Made by a program: the position numbers and the translations under genes. The notes below the pieces were generated by a model, which saw nothing but the letters and a program-made list of their open reading frames with translations, made no database searches and was not told the origin of the DNA. From contig DF237008.1 of NCBI GenBank assembly GCA_000708835.1, positions 186,001-250,000 on the forward strand: a stretch of 64,000 bases of DNA, read 5' to 3'. Below, in pieces: positions 1 to 12,548 of this stretch; within the stretch, counting starts at the first letter, position 1, and each line of letters begins with the position of its first letter. This DNA is from Klebsormidium nitens (lineage: Eukaryota > Plantae > Klebsormidiophyceae).

Positions 1-148
1 ACAAGAAATTGGGCTGAGAAGAAGTAGGTAGTCCTGGTGTGGCATGAGGTTTATTTAACGGTTCCGCTGTTTTGACCGACAAACCAGCAACCTATTCCAG
101 ATTGAGCGCATTTTCTGGTTGGTCCTCTAGCTTAGTCGCTTTGAACTC

Positions 149-1232
149 TCAGATATGCGACGAGCAAATCAGATTTTCTTGTTTTACGACCTTTTGGTGG
201 CGATGCGTCGATCCTTTACTCGGATCAGACTTAGATGGCAGAGAGTTGCGATTGGGCCCCGAATCTGCGTTGGCGAGTAGCTCGTGCCCTGAAATCTCTA
301 AAATCTGCTCGTTGAAAAAGGCGAGATCGTGTATGTTAGACGGGCTTTTGTTTTTTGCGTCCTTTCCATGTACTCTATCCCTTTCCGCAAGCCCAAAAGG
401 TCTTATAACCGAATGTAACAGCTTGTAAAACCACCTAATGGCTTGATTCGTAAGGGTCCCGCCTTTTACTACTGGTGGGCTCTGGTGGGCCTGCCTCATA
501 CGTTTGCGTTCGTTTATCAAGGGGCCGTGCGGATGAAGCTGAGAAAAGTAACAGTCCAGCACCTTCCTGAAAGCCAAGAACCACTCCAAGTGCATGCGTG
601 CGTCCCAACCTCTTCAGTGATGAATTGTAGAAGCATCATGCTCCACTGTTTTCATGGTCTGTAGAACCTTATCGAGCTCATGGCCGACGATTCAAGGATT
701 CGGCCACACTTTAGCCCTGTGGCCCAGCTTCCACTGGTCATGTTAGATCAGCAGAATGCTTGCAAACCGAGTTTGGTCCTGGTCCCAGAAGTCGAACACG
801 CTTTTGACTGCTTTTTCTTTGAAGTCGTTGGAAGCAGCAACAAGTGGCTTCGTTTTAGAGAGAGCTTGATTCCCAAGACCTTTGTCCAAGCGTCCTGATG
901 CGGAGAATAGATTCGAATACAACCCGCTTGAGTTTTTAAACGGCCGTATTGTATAAAATTGGCCTCTCGGTCCGGATGAGCGTAGTTTCTCTTCTCTTAA
1001 GCTTGCTAAGAGCTTTCTGGGCGCTCTCTGGAAGGCAATGAAAATGTGATGGCTGGGACTGGACTTCCAGACCAGAAGGAGTTGGAACGATCTGATCATG
1101 CCTTACTCGAATATGCAAAAGTGACCCGCGGCAGTTGAGACTTCTGCAAACCCTCGAAGACGGTTGAGCCGGGGGCAACTTTCGCAGTGTTCCGTCCGAT
1201 TGTAAGTTTATGTACCAACCTCTTGCGAACAC
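149..1232 (-). mobile_element. Degenerate Crypton-like tyrosine recombinase (frameshifted or intron-split fragments)
   Basis: Successive minus-strand fragments contain NCRGSLLHIRVRHDQ (R-box-like), RPFKNSSGLY (KN..GL-like), LDCYFSQLHP..GPL..GGTLT..W and VHG...NEQILEISGH. The last resembles the HxxR...EQ.I...(S/T)GH C-terminus of Crypton/DUF3504 recombinases. The catalytic R of HxxR and the Tyr are not preserved. Confidence 0.4.
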
Positions 1233-1847
1233 TCTTACTTGGACAATTAGAACAACACAAGTGCACCACCATACAGGAGGTTGAAAAGGAAAGGAGAACT
1301 TTTATGCTTAGTCGACTGCTTCTTCTTTGAAATTGTCCTGACTGTGAGGTCATGAAAGTTCTTTGCTGGCCAAAGAGTCAGTTGGATCAATTAGGTCTGG
1401 CCTTGCCTGACGCCTCAAAAATTGCGTTATTGTTTGTAGGCGCTGTTGGGAAATTAGCACAAATAGGGCTTCATGCTTAGTTGCCAGATGCTATGGAGGG
1501 ACCCACTCCGGTTTCTGCACTCCTTCTTGCTGCCACAACGGTGACTGCAGGTGTAACCTGAATTGCCGGCGCGCTGTTCCCCCTTATTCGAACAAGCATT
1601 TGTTTCTGTTCGTCTGCCTAATGTTTGCATACTCAGCCGTGTTTCAACGTTGATCAAAAGTACTTGGCAGAGTCCTCGTCTGATCAGTGTTGGTGTAGGT
1701 GGTTTCGGTGTCTCCCGGGCATCTCACGCCTATCATTGGTCAGCGATAGTCAGCCAAATACGTATAACCCTGCTCTTCTTACAGCACGTTGTTGCTTCAG
1801 CTCAAAGGAACAGCTCGCTGTCTAGTTCAATGAACCGCCCCTAGTAC

Positions 1848-4800
1848 TCAAAAGCGGAACCTTGAAGACTGGGTGAAAGCATCCCAGGAAGCGGCACCGG
1901 CGTCGTGAAAAGCGAAGTTGCCTCGCATCTCGCGAAGGAGTTCCTCAAACACCGTCTCCGGAACACTGACGTCCTGCACGAGAGAAGGAGCAGGAATCTG
2001 TTGTGTATTCCGGGTTTCATGCATGCTTATCATCGACTCTAGTGGGTGGTAAAACGGATTGTGCTTCGCGACTGAGTTCTGCTCTTAAGCCGCCGGCGCC
2101 GCGGCCGGCCTCGCGCGTGTTTTATCGGTATGCACCGTGCACATCAAGTACGCGGCACGCTGCCGCCACGTGGCACGCTGAAGGGCTCCACTTCAACCAT
2201 GTTCTGTCAGTAAGCAGACGAGGTTTACGCGATCTTATTGGACGTTTCGGCCCCTACCCAGGGATGCTTATGGGCTGCAATATGGGCTGGTTCAAAGTGA
2301 TCAAATGTCCAACGACCAGACGTGGGCGGTAAGCAGCCCTGGAACGAGGTTAAAGCCCTGTTATCTGTCCCATAACCTGAGACTCAAGTCTGCTAACCAG
2401 CCTGGTTAGCTACCAAAACTTAATCCTGTGAATCTGGGCTTAAACAAGCGACCGCCCACCTGGCTGTGGTACATTTTCATGGCCTTATCGGCGTCCTCCT
2501 CCCAAAGGCCGCGAGGGTCCGCCAGTACTCTGTCCGTCACTTTATATCGGGCCCAAAGGGAACTGTTCTCGGCAGGCACGTTGCTGCGCGCATGCGCTGG
2601 AATCTCAGTAACAAGGACAGGCCGGCGGACTTTAGTAACTCTCGCGAATCCCGGTAACTCCAGTAGTGTGTCAAAATTGTCGGAAAGGTAAATCAACAAC
2701 CCTCTCCCTGCATACGAGGTTAGTAACCATTGTACCCAACTGCGGGGTTCGTTCTTGTATCAAGTCTTTGTCTGAATTACCTACTTGCCTCGTCGTCACG
2801 TGGTAGTCATATTAGTGTCTCTATTGTTTGGAAGAAAGCATGCTACGATTTCGAAGCGAACAGTCACGCAGCCGCCTCATAATCCCCTTGACAGCTCGTA
2901 ATTGCAGCCGGGAAAGATTTCGATTGTAAGAAAAGTTTAAACCCACCATTCGGAGTAAGCGAACCCGATGACGTCAGCGACGTTCCGGAACTCCCGGCCG
3001 ACTAAGCTGACCTCCGCGTGCTCCCCAAAGGGAATGATTTGCAGCAGGACCGACCCGGGGCGCATGAACAGGGTGTTGGACAAGCCCGCCCCGTGGACCC
3101 CGACCTGAGCGGTACGTACCGTGATATGAGATCCGAGAGGGGCTAGTCAGCTTCATGATGACCTGGAAAAAATTTCTTGTTCTGTTTGTGTGCGAAGTAT
3201 TTTAACAAGTTATGGTGGATACGAGCGGGATTACGGCTTCATGTGGGATGCTGCAGTATCCAATTCTTGACGTAACCAAACCAATCCGACAACGATTTCT
3301 ATGTACGTTTGTATCCATTGAAAGGCTGAGGACGTCTGATCGAAGCACAACCTGCAGACCGCAATCGACGCCCCCTTGAAATAGTCGTAGATCGCAATGT
3401 TCAGCTCTCGAAAAATACATTTGCTAGCAAACCTGTGCAATACATACAAAACGCCTGGATGTGTAACAGTGGCGTTTTATGAACCGCTGGAAGGCCTTTG
3501 GATTACCAATGAGCTCGGAGACACGGCCAGCTTTAATTTCTGCGGATCCCAATCTCATACCTGCGGAGAGTACAAAGGCGACACAGCAGGAACCTAGGAG
3601 TCAGCAAAAAGCTTGATAAGCCAGCTCTGATATGTCAGTCTCAACCAGGGAAAAACTGGTTTTAGGGCCACCTAATCTGACATGGTCATTGAAAAGCCAG
3701 AAATCTCGGCCTGTGATACAAGTACGTCACAGGGAGCTTTCGCCCTTGACCAAGACTGGTTAAAGGGCAGTGAACCAGACATAAACCCAGGTTCGCTTGG
3801 CGGAAAGGGACTTAACCAACCACAAACCAAACTTGGTTACTTCAAACTTCTCCCGGTGAGTAGGCCCACCAGGCTGTCGCACGCGCGCATCGTTCGGACG
3901 GATTCCCGCGGCGCCAGGTTCTCGAACACGACGTCCGAAACCTTGAAACCCGCGTTAAGGGCGACCGCCCGCAGCGCGTCGTAGTTCGTGAGTCGCCGCG
4001 TCGTTTGGCGCTGCACCATGCAGAGCAACGGCACCTCGCCGCGCCGGAACGCATGTACGCTGTTCATCTGGACAGGAGGTTATGTGCTGGTTATGGGCTA
4101 GTTAAGAGTGGTCAAGTGTCCAATGACCAGACTTGGGCGGTAACCAGCCCTGGAACGAGGTTAAAGCCCGGTCATCTGACCAATAACCTGAGACTCGATC
4201 AAGTCTGCAAATGAGCCTGGTTAGCACCGAAATCTCCTCTGCTGGACAGGCATGGTTTGCGTGAGATGGAAAACTAGGGTTACAGGCAGAGCTGATGTCT
4301 GCAATCGGGGCCGGAAGCGATGCAGATTCTGCTCTCTTTATGTGTGCGCATGTTGCTCAACGAGCCACGAATTAGACGATGCTAGATTAGGAAGGCTTAT
4401 TGGAAGTCGGTGCGCCATGAAGTCGAAGCCGAGGCTGATGCAAACGCCGAACTGGCCGATGCTTGCGCTCAATTGGTTAGAAGGATGGTCTCCATTTGCA
4501 TTACGCCACACAAGCAACGGTGCTTCGGAACCAAACCGGAGGGCCGGACACCTGATAGAGGGTTATATATTGAAGGCGCCTATCGCGAAGGACATATATT
4601 AATTGTCAGGAACTTCGTAGATATTGCAAAGATGATCTTACATCCGGGTTCCACATGGGCTCCGGTAGACGCATTGCCCGAGCAACAAAAGTCGAGAAGT
4701 CGCGCAAGCGCACCCCCGCTCTAACCTGCACGTGTCAAGTAACTTGGGAACGTTACGTTGACACAGAACTTTTTGGTCCTTAACCAAGGACGGTTCTGGG

Positions 4801-7273
4801 CTGGTTCTGGGCTGGATAGAATTTGGTTACATGTCCAGTAACCAGACTTATACGCTAAAAATGGCCTTGGAGCGATGTCAGAGCCCGGTCAGTTGTTCGA
4901 TAGCCCAAGTCTCGTAATCAGCCTGCAGGGTAGCAGCCAAAATCTCTCGTGCGAGCGTTTCTGCAAGACCGGGCACGTCCTGTTGAAGCAATGACGTCGG
5001 AAAACAAGAGAGGCCGCCTTTTTGATACAAGAAGGGCTTCGTGGGCGAACAAGGTATGACTCAGACTGCTTCTGTAAGCTGCTGCGAATGTTCTCGTCTC
5101 TGTTGAGCTGCGCCGGCTTTCGAAGGTTTTCAGAGGCCAAAGCAAAGCAGAAGTCTGTAACCGAGCCGCCTACCGGACGAGTTTAGGGCTTCGACTCTGC
5201 CTCTGATCTGTAGTACTTTGTTTTGGCGCTTGTTTGAGACAAAAGGAAACATATTTTCTGAAGACGGCCCGTTTTTATCAAGACCCGCTGCACAGCACGT
5301 TGTGTCGGCTCGAGAACGTCCGGCAAAACGGTTTGCTTACTTTCCAACCTAACAGATTTGATTTCGGCGTCATTGACAGACTGCGCGAAGAATAGAGCAC
5401 ACGTCGACTTCTTGTCGCACGGTACTGGTTTCACTCACACTCCCTTGGTTAGTAAAGAGTACCTAACCACCTCTTACCAGCTTCGTCCGGTAAAAGTGCA
5501 CATAATCAAAGCCTAACCGGGCTTGCTTAAAAGCCGTTTTCACGTGTGCTTATTAAAGGCTCGCAAGTCCCCCATGCCTTACCTCGCTCCTCTCGTCTCT
5601 CCCCCCCAACTCGTCGTACAAACAGAAGTTGTCTTTCAGCCCTACGATGAGACTGGGAAAGCAGCCAACGCCCTGCATTTTTCCAGCGGTGTCGCGACTG
5701 CTGCCCATCAGTTTGATGGGGTGCCGCGTGAACGTTCCGGCGAAGCTTTCCGCCGGCGGAGCGCGGAACCACCAGGGGCCCTTCAGATCGGATATGATGA
5801 GGGTCACCTCGCGCTGAAAGGCCTGGCGGTCAAAGAGACGGTCAGAAGCGGTTAGTGAACTGAGAACAGGGAATCAATGGGGACGAGAGTTTACTCCTGG
5901 AGCGGGAATGAACTTCGGTCGAATCGCAAAGTTTCGTTGAGATTCAAAAGTCACCAGTCTGATCGACGTCAACTGACAATCAAGGTTGAATGTTTCGCAA
6001 TCAATCGAAGCAAACCAATACTTTTAGTTTTCTGAAAAGCTTTCGTAGAAGACACGGCTCGCAGGTCCGAATGAATAGTGGGAATTGGTCAGAGATGCGG
6101 CCGCCCAGCATACCGTGAGAGAGGCATGTAAGATCCTAGTCGAAGCGGATTGATGAGCAGAGCGAGGCACCCAGAGCTAGCCTTTCCAGGTTCGACGGGC
6201 GAAACCCATTGTTCAGCTGATTTTGTCGGATTTCTTATGATCTGGATGCACGACGTCTCGAAAATCTGAAGCGGATGTCGCGCCTTCTATTCAAAGACGC
6301 AAGGGAGACTTCATACATGAACCTTGTCTTGTCATGGTTCTATTAGAGAGAAGCTCCTTGAAAGGCGCTAACCCCCGCTTAACCAGCTCCGAGAATAAGG
6401 GCAGATGTCTCCTGTCGACTTTGTGAATTTGCAGCCCGCGCGCTCGATCATATGCGCGCGCGCTAACAATAGGAGTGTCGAGCGCGCGCGGCTTTGTCGG
6501 ACAACCATCATCTACCAAAAGGACCTTGATGCTCCTGCCCGATGCCGGTAGAAGATCGTCAAATAATCAGCTCTCGTGTACCTCCGTCGTAGGCTAGCTA
6601 TCCGCGCTTGCTTGTTACTATCAACGCGAGAAACGAGGACGTGTCGGAAGATGTAAAAACCACAGGTATAGGAATGTTTACCACGTTTCTGATGTTGCGT
6701 GAAAGAGCTCACACATTTTTCTGTTCCCCTGCGTACCTGCGTCGTCTGAAAGAGCGGCAGCAGCACTTCGTTGAAGTCGTGGAAGATCGCCCCGCTGTGT
6801 CCCCCGGCCGAGAAGAGCACCCCGGGCGAGTCCCGGTCCGCCGTACACCGCGGCGCTAATGCCGGCTCCGCGCGCGCGTCCACCGCGCGCAGTTTCTGCT
6901 CGGTGACCGTGGCCATGACCGGGGCGTCCCACTTGCGGGCGTACGGCCGCACGGCGAGGGATCCCCGAGGCGTGTCTGGGTGCCGCGCGACGAGAAAGAT
7001 CTCCCCCGCGCGAAAATCAACGCGCACATCTCCGCGTAGCGTGCAGTAGTCGGTCAAGGGCGACTCCCGGTTGCACTCGAACCGCTCGCCCGGGGGATTC
7101 CGTTCCGGAATCTCGCCCGAGCGGAACGGCTCAGGGCATCCCTCTGAGCTGCAGCCGACCAGGCGCCAGGCGGAGAAGTATACTACCAGGATGAAAGCGC
7201 AAGAGAACGCTGCGAGCATGACGCTCGACGGGCGCTTCAAAGCGAAGGACGCTCTGGCCAGAAAGTACGCCAT
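1848..7273 (-). CDS. Glycosyltransferase family 61 (xylan arabinosyl/xylosyltransferase-like), type II membrane protein, 7 exons
   Basis: Exons 7273-6737, 5822-5583, 4725-4642, 4067-3870, 3104-2947, 2583-2460, 1973-1848. All introns are GT-AG and phase-compatible. N-terminal TM helix; GT61 motifs C.LRGDVRV, VRPYARKWD, FHDFNEVLLPLF, WW...CFPSLIVGL, RRLTNY, VGVHGAGLSN.LF, ENSSL...DP. Confidence 0.9.
2260..2420. repeat. Short dispersed repeat in GT61 intron 6 (second copy of the 4077-4241 element)
   Basis: 2311-2385 aligns to 4122-4196 with 7 mismatches in 75 nt, including a shared perfect core CAGCCCTGGAACGAGGTTAAAGCCC. Similarity continues on both sides. Confidence 0.85.
4077..4241. mobile_element. 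165-bp non-autonomous insertion flanked by a 9-bp direct repeat (putative target-site duplication) in GT61 intron 3
   Basis: CTGGACAGG occurs at 4068-4076 and 4242-4250, and a homologous copy lies at ~2260-2420. No convincing terminal inverted repeats. Confidence 0.6.
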
Positions 7274-9940
7274 TACTAATTCGGGTTCCGTTCAGGGTCT
7301 GCTGGCTAAGAGTGAAGGAGTAGCCGCCTCGTGCTCTTTAAGCGCCGTGTTTTGCTCTTAGGCTTTCCCCCAAGTCGCTCAGTGCTGGAGATTGTGCGCG
7401 TTTGGGGAGGGCCGTCCAGGCTACAAACACGTGGCGGACTTGCTTCTTATCGGGTTTCGTTGAAGAGTTGGGCTGTGTGACGTCACGAAGGACCTGCATC
7501 GGGATCGCTGTGTCGTTGGAGGCTGGATCATAGGGGAGACCACAATTAACCAGCCCGAATAGACTTCGTTTAGGTTGCCCTTCTTCCAAACGGAGCTGGT
7601 AAGACATCCTAGAAATAGGTTAACCAGGTTAGGACCTAACCCTTTTTACAGAGGGATTAAATGAGCATGGAAATCACCTGAAGCTGCTTTTGAATCATGA
7701 CCGCGGTTTGCAGTTGAGTCACTCACTTTCGATTACGGCCGCAGAGGCATATACATCCTTGATCCCATTGCGGTTTACTGCAAGCACTTGAAGAAGGTTT
7801 TCAAGTCTCCTCGGTTGCTCGAGATGTTTGTTGGGCGGTTGGGAGAAGTTGGCTACAAGCGAAGAGTCCCTGTCCATCTCTACCCTTCGTTGATTAACGG
7901 AACCAAGTGCTTCGAAAAGTTGACCGGGGTCATTAAGTAAGCCTTGTAAATTTCTGGTAGCCCCGTCAAAATTTTCGGTAGCAATAAATGATGATGCCAC
8001 CCTGAACGTCCTCCGGCACAGGGCTTCGAGCCAAGATCCGTCACAAACTTAAGTAGAACAAGAAAATCAACGTCGATCTGCTTCTCAAAAAACCGCGATC
8101 GCAAGCGCAGAAGAAGAGAAGGGGTAAGCAATTTGGGCGCCCACCTAGCTCGTTCTTGGTCCTTTCCAGAAGTGAGCCAGCACGGGAATCAACGGCGCGC
8201 CGTCAATAGCTGGCACCTTCCGAGTCCTTGCAAGTATCCGCGGCGTCTCAGAAGGCGTAGCTTTACCTGTTTGCGAAGTGGTCAGAACCTCTCTCTGCGC
8301 AAAGAAAGGACCGGCGTCTCTGAAACACTTGATAGATTGAGAAAGCAAACTGTTTTCCGCTGTTGATCAACTCCGGCCTCATTGGAAAGCTAGACACATT
8401 TTCAACTCTTCCCCCCGCTCAACAACCATGCCGCCTCATCCTGAACTGAACAACCTACGACGCGGAGGAAGGAGGCTTCACTCTTGTTCAGCTTTGATGC
8501 TCTGTGGCAGAGGCTGCCGGAAACGGACTTGGCCTTTTGTTTTGCAGCATCGATCTTGAAATTTTGAAGGCATACAGTCGACTTCTGTAGCTGCCCGACC
8601 GTCAAGTGTAAATCAACGGACGAGTTCTCATGCACAAAAACAAGACTGCATGACAAATTCATCTGCAGCGGCAGAGATGAACTCAACCCCAACAAAGCAC
8701 GGGACGTTGTGTCTAGCTCGGAATAGTAGTTCAATTGGATGAGCAAAACAACAACATAAAACGACAGCAATCGGCTTCTTGCTTCTTGTTGGACCTGTTT
8801 GATACGATTTTGCCGCCCCTGTGAGGCGCTGGCCTCATCTCTGAAGGCGGAACGGTTCGAGAACTCTGCGATGTGTTGATGTCTTCGAAAAGGAATTCCT
8901 TGTTTAGTACGTGTACTGAAGACAGACATTAGGCTGTGAATTGATACGTCCTAACGGACTCAACGCTTCGCAATCCGTTTCGATGTTTCTGAGGACGCGC
9001 TGAGCTTATTCCAGGAGACTGAATCATCGCGTATATCGTTCTACTTACAAGTACGTGGCGTCATCAATCAAGTAATAGAGTTACATTGCCCAAAATGGTT
9101 ATACGCGGGGCCACATTACGTGGAACCCGAAAAGTATAAGAGAGAGGAAAGTTCCAAAATAGAAGTCCGTGGCATCAGTAGACCAGGCACGTTGCGCATT
9201 TTACGGAGGTATACGCACGCCCTAGACCATTTTCGTGTACTTCAAGGTGCTCTAAGATATCAATGATGAGAGGAATGTAAACGCTTGAAATGCATTCTCC
9301 TTCGCTTAGCGCTGATCTGGGGCAGTGAAGATCGAGGGGCACATGGGGACGGGAGTTCCCATGCCCATGGTTCTACTTCTCACCGATGCCCCACTTCTTC
9401 CGAAGAGCGATTACACGGACCCCAAAAAGGCACCGTTAGATAGACTGCGGAGTTGTCGTAAATTTTGTCTTCCTTTCGAATCAACGTTCAAACCGAAGAA
9501 TTTAGCGGAGAGTAGGACCACTGTTTTTTGGGCCTTTTTCTGGTGGCTGATCCACTGATCATCCGGGAGGTACCCAATCCTCAACCTCCAGAACGCTCAA
9601 AGTATCCTTCCTGCAGTGCCACATATTCACGTACCACGTTCTGAGCTTCAGATTATATATACGTCCTTACTGATCTCGTGTAAAACATGCGTTTCTGTCC
9701 TGGCTAACTTGACTGTATTCCTGCGCCGAGCTGCAGCTTGTACGGCCTCCCCAATTTCCGTGTGAACACGCCTTTACTTCCTAGCGCTTCTGACTCTATC
9801 CCTGTGGCAGGCGTTCTGATATATGTGGGTCCCGTGAGGAGAGACGGCGCTGGGACCTGCGGTTGGCTCCACCGCACTGAACAGAGCTATTCCCCGATGC
9901 CCCGTGCTTTTCGCGCCGAAAAGTTCTTCAAGTCACCTTG

Positions 9941-10354
9941 TTACCGACGGCAGAGCATGTTTACTTGGTAAAGCTCTCCCGGAAGACGAAAGCGCTTCCG
10001 TTCGGCTCGACCCTTGAGCAAAGTCAAGCCAGAAGATACTCGTGACATCACCGGTTGCTGATTGATCTGTGCAAAAGCCGTTCTAAATTGCTTGCTCCTT
10101 TCCAAGTGGTCATCTCGGCCACTAACAAGCCCATGAAAATTGAAAAGCATCATGGGCAGCAGTAATCAGGCTTCCCATTTGGTGTCCCCACCGTCCGATC
10201 TGAGGCCCGCTCCGTAAGGCCTTTTCCGTTTCGCTCGGGTTTCCTTAATTCCCCAGTACCACTCACGAAGTAACAAAGCACGTGCTGATCGGTAGCCGCC
10301 ACTGGGCTTGACTTTGAGCAACGAGAGGGCGCAGTCTAACGAATTTCTGCCCAA
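9941..10354 (-). mobile_element. Possible decayed tyrosine recombinase of the adjacent DIRS-like element
   Basis: Weak GGYRSARALLL.EW and NFHGLVSG matches to YR boxes. Position downstream of the RT on the same strand fits DIRS gene order. Confidence 0.2.
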
Positions 10355-11560
10355 ATATGAATCTTCTATAGGAGGAGCGTACTGCTAGCTAGCTGTGGTC
10401 AATGAGGACAGCATCTCAGACGGAATACAATGTAGCTTTGTAGGCTTCGGTTTACTTAAATCTATCTTGTTGCTTTCAGGGTCCCAGTTAATTCGGTGGC
10501 CAGCTTGTTGGATGGGGGGATGGGCACTCAACTCTGTTGCCCAACGCTTGAAGTCTTTGTTGGATGAAGCCTCTTTCCTTGCTGTCTGTCGTCTTCGTTC
10601 GGCTATTTCTGCTTGACCTCTTTTAGGTTCAGCGAGAGCCAAGCAAGTACTCTATCCACCCACCACAGAGATTGCGTGCTTCCAAATGCTAGAGCTGCAT
10701 AATGCGCTATTTAGGCGGCACTGTAACACGCGGATTGCAGCAATGGCGCGCAGTCTTCTCATGACGAGCGCGCCGTGGCAGGACGTTCTCAAAGAGCTTG
10801 AGAGGCACTTTATTTCACATCGTGTTCTCTCTGGGTCCATCGTGTTGCACGTTTTGATCATCGAGAACACGCTGTCTCGATCAAAGCTATGAGACATCAC
10901 GGCTGGGGGTCAAATTCAGGACGTTTGTCACATAGCTCCTTCTGAAGCCAACGGGAAGCGGTAATTCACTGAAAATTCCTTTCAGAACGACCCAAGGAGC
11001 CTCCACCAGACTTTCGAGAAGTTACAGACAATCTGATAGCTGGACAATAAAGCAGCCGCCCAATATTTCACACGCAAATTAGCAGTTAGCCGGCCAGGAT
11101 TTGTTCAACAAGAGTCACCGGTTCGCTTTGCCGAACATCCCTGAGCGACAAATGGACCAACGACCTTAATTTCATACAACTTGGGCAGCTTGCTTAATCA
11201 TCCGTGCTATGTGCTCTCCTCGCGTCACAACCTTTAAAACTTTAGGTCTGGTGGACGCCAGACTGAGGACTTCAAGGTAATTGTAGAGTGAGAATCTCCA
11301 ATTGGCTCGTCTGCGTCATAAAGCTCCATAAGGACTACTAATAGGGCGGCAGTGATGATCCCTGGAAGTGACCTTAAGCCAGTCACTTGAGGGAGACAAG
11401 TCACACACTCGAGCCTCCTTCTAGTCGTAGAGTCCACTTAGTGTGGGAGTCGAGTTTGTGAGTCTGTCTATTCTTTAGGTATGGGGGGCATGACACATTG
11501 GGTTACAATGTGGCCTCTCGAAGCCCTGCAGTCACTACAAGAAAGCCTTTGTCGGAGCCA

Positions 11561-11722
11561 GGTCCGAATCAGGTCCGAACTGACGTGCGGTTCGGATCCG
11601 GTTCGGAGTACAGGTTCAGATCTGTTTCGGACACGTTTCGGACTGTGCCAGACATGTGGCGCTGTTGTTTCGGACCTGTTTCAACTAGATTCGGACATCG
11701 ACGTTCGAACTTGATTCGGACC
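11561..11722. repeat. TTCGGA/TCCGAA motif array with ~11-bp spacing
   Basis: TCCGAA at 11563 and 11574; TTCGGA or one-mismatch variants at 11591, 11602, 11615, 11626, 11637, 11669, 11690, 11704, 11715. Confidence 0.8.
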
Positions 11723-12548
11723 AAGTACGGTCGCTTCGCGGCAGGAATTTGAGAACGAATTTTGTAAACCGGTTTCTAGCTTGAGGCCATCGAATACGCA
11801 ACGCTCCGCTGAGAACGACGCTCGCGCCTCGCGAAGGCTGTGAGGAAATCCAATCTGGGTTGCAATTCATGGGGGTGAAGATAAGACTCCTAATCCGAAG
11901 CCAACAACGGCTAAGCCCACAATCGCTCTTAGCTAAAAACAATGTAAGTCCTATCAGATTGACATGCAGCACTGCTACGTCAGAATTACATCTGCTGCCA
12001 GATGAAGAAGGTCAGTCTCGATTATTATGCAAAAGCGAATCACATCCACCCGGGTCTTCTTCGAAACCCCCTTCGTGTTGCCTAAAACATCAACGCGCAT
12101 CGCTGCGCAGCAAACTGATGATACTTTCAACTCTACTTAAGTTGGGCTTAGACAGTCATTAGGTACTATCAGCTCTTCGTACCCGTTGGCAAGCATTTGA
12201 GATCTCTCTTTCTTCCTGCTTAGCTGCCACGCTAAGAGACTCCAGAGAGCCTGTTATCAAAGCTCCCCCAGTCGTCTCCTCTCTACAATCCCGACTCGGG
12301 TCTTGTTCAATGAGCCCACTTGCGCTGATTCAAGATCTTTAGAGATCTTCATCTGAGGAGAGCTTCATGTTTGAGAAATCGTTAACTGACCAAGTCTTTC
12401 GTCCGCACCTGATTTCGCTGCTTCTCTGAACGTTCGCAGAGAGAATCCCACGCGGCATCTTGGCCTAAGAAAGATATGATTCGCGGGTTCTCTAGGTCTT
12501 AGCCAAAGAAGGAATTGTTCATGTCCCAGGACTTTGCGCTTTTCGTTC

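Noticed and set aside
2311-2400. Group I intron or self-cleaving ribozyme in the intronic repeat
   Set aside because: No P/Q/R/S, hammerhead, twister or HDV core could be assembled by eye; an Infernal scan would settle it.
6180-6210. GGTTCGA T-loop-like motifs (also 15378, 38221, 42516) as tRNAs
   Set aside because: No acceptor stem, D-arm or anticodon arm surrounds them.
8145-8348. REVLTTSQTGKAT resembling a RecQ/DEAD helicase motif I
   Set aside because: The GKT motif is absent and no DExH or other helicase motifs could be found nearby.
8402-8929. 175-aa ORF on the minus strand
   Set aside because: No recognisable domain, no GC3 bias like the real genes, and no splice partners.
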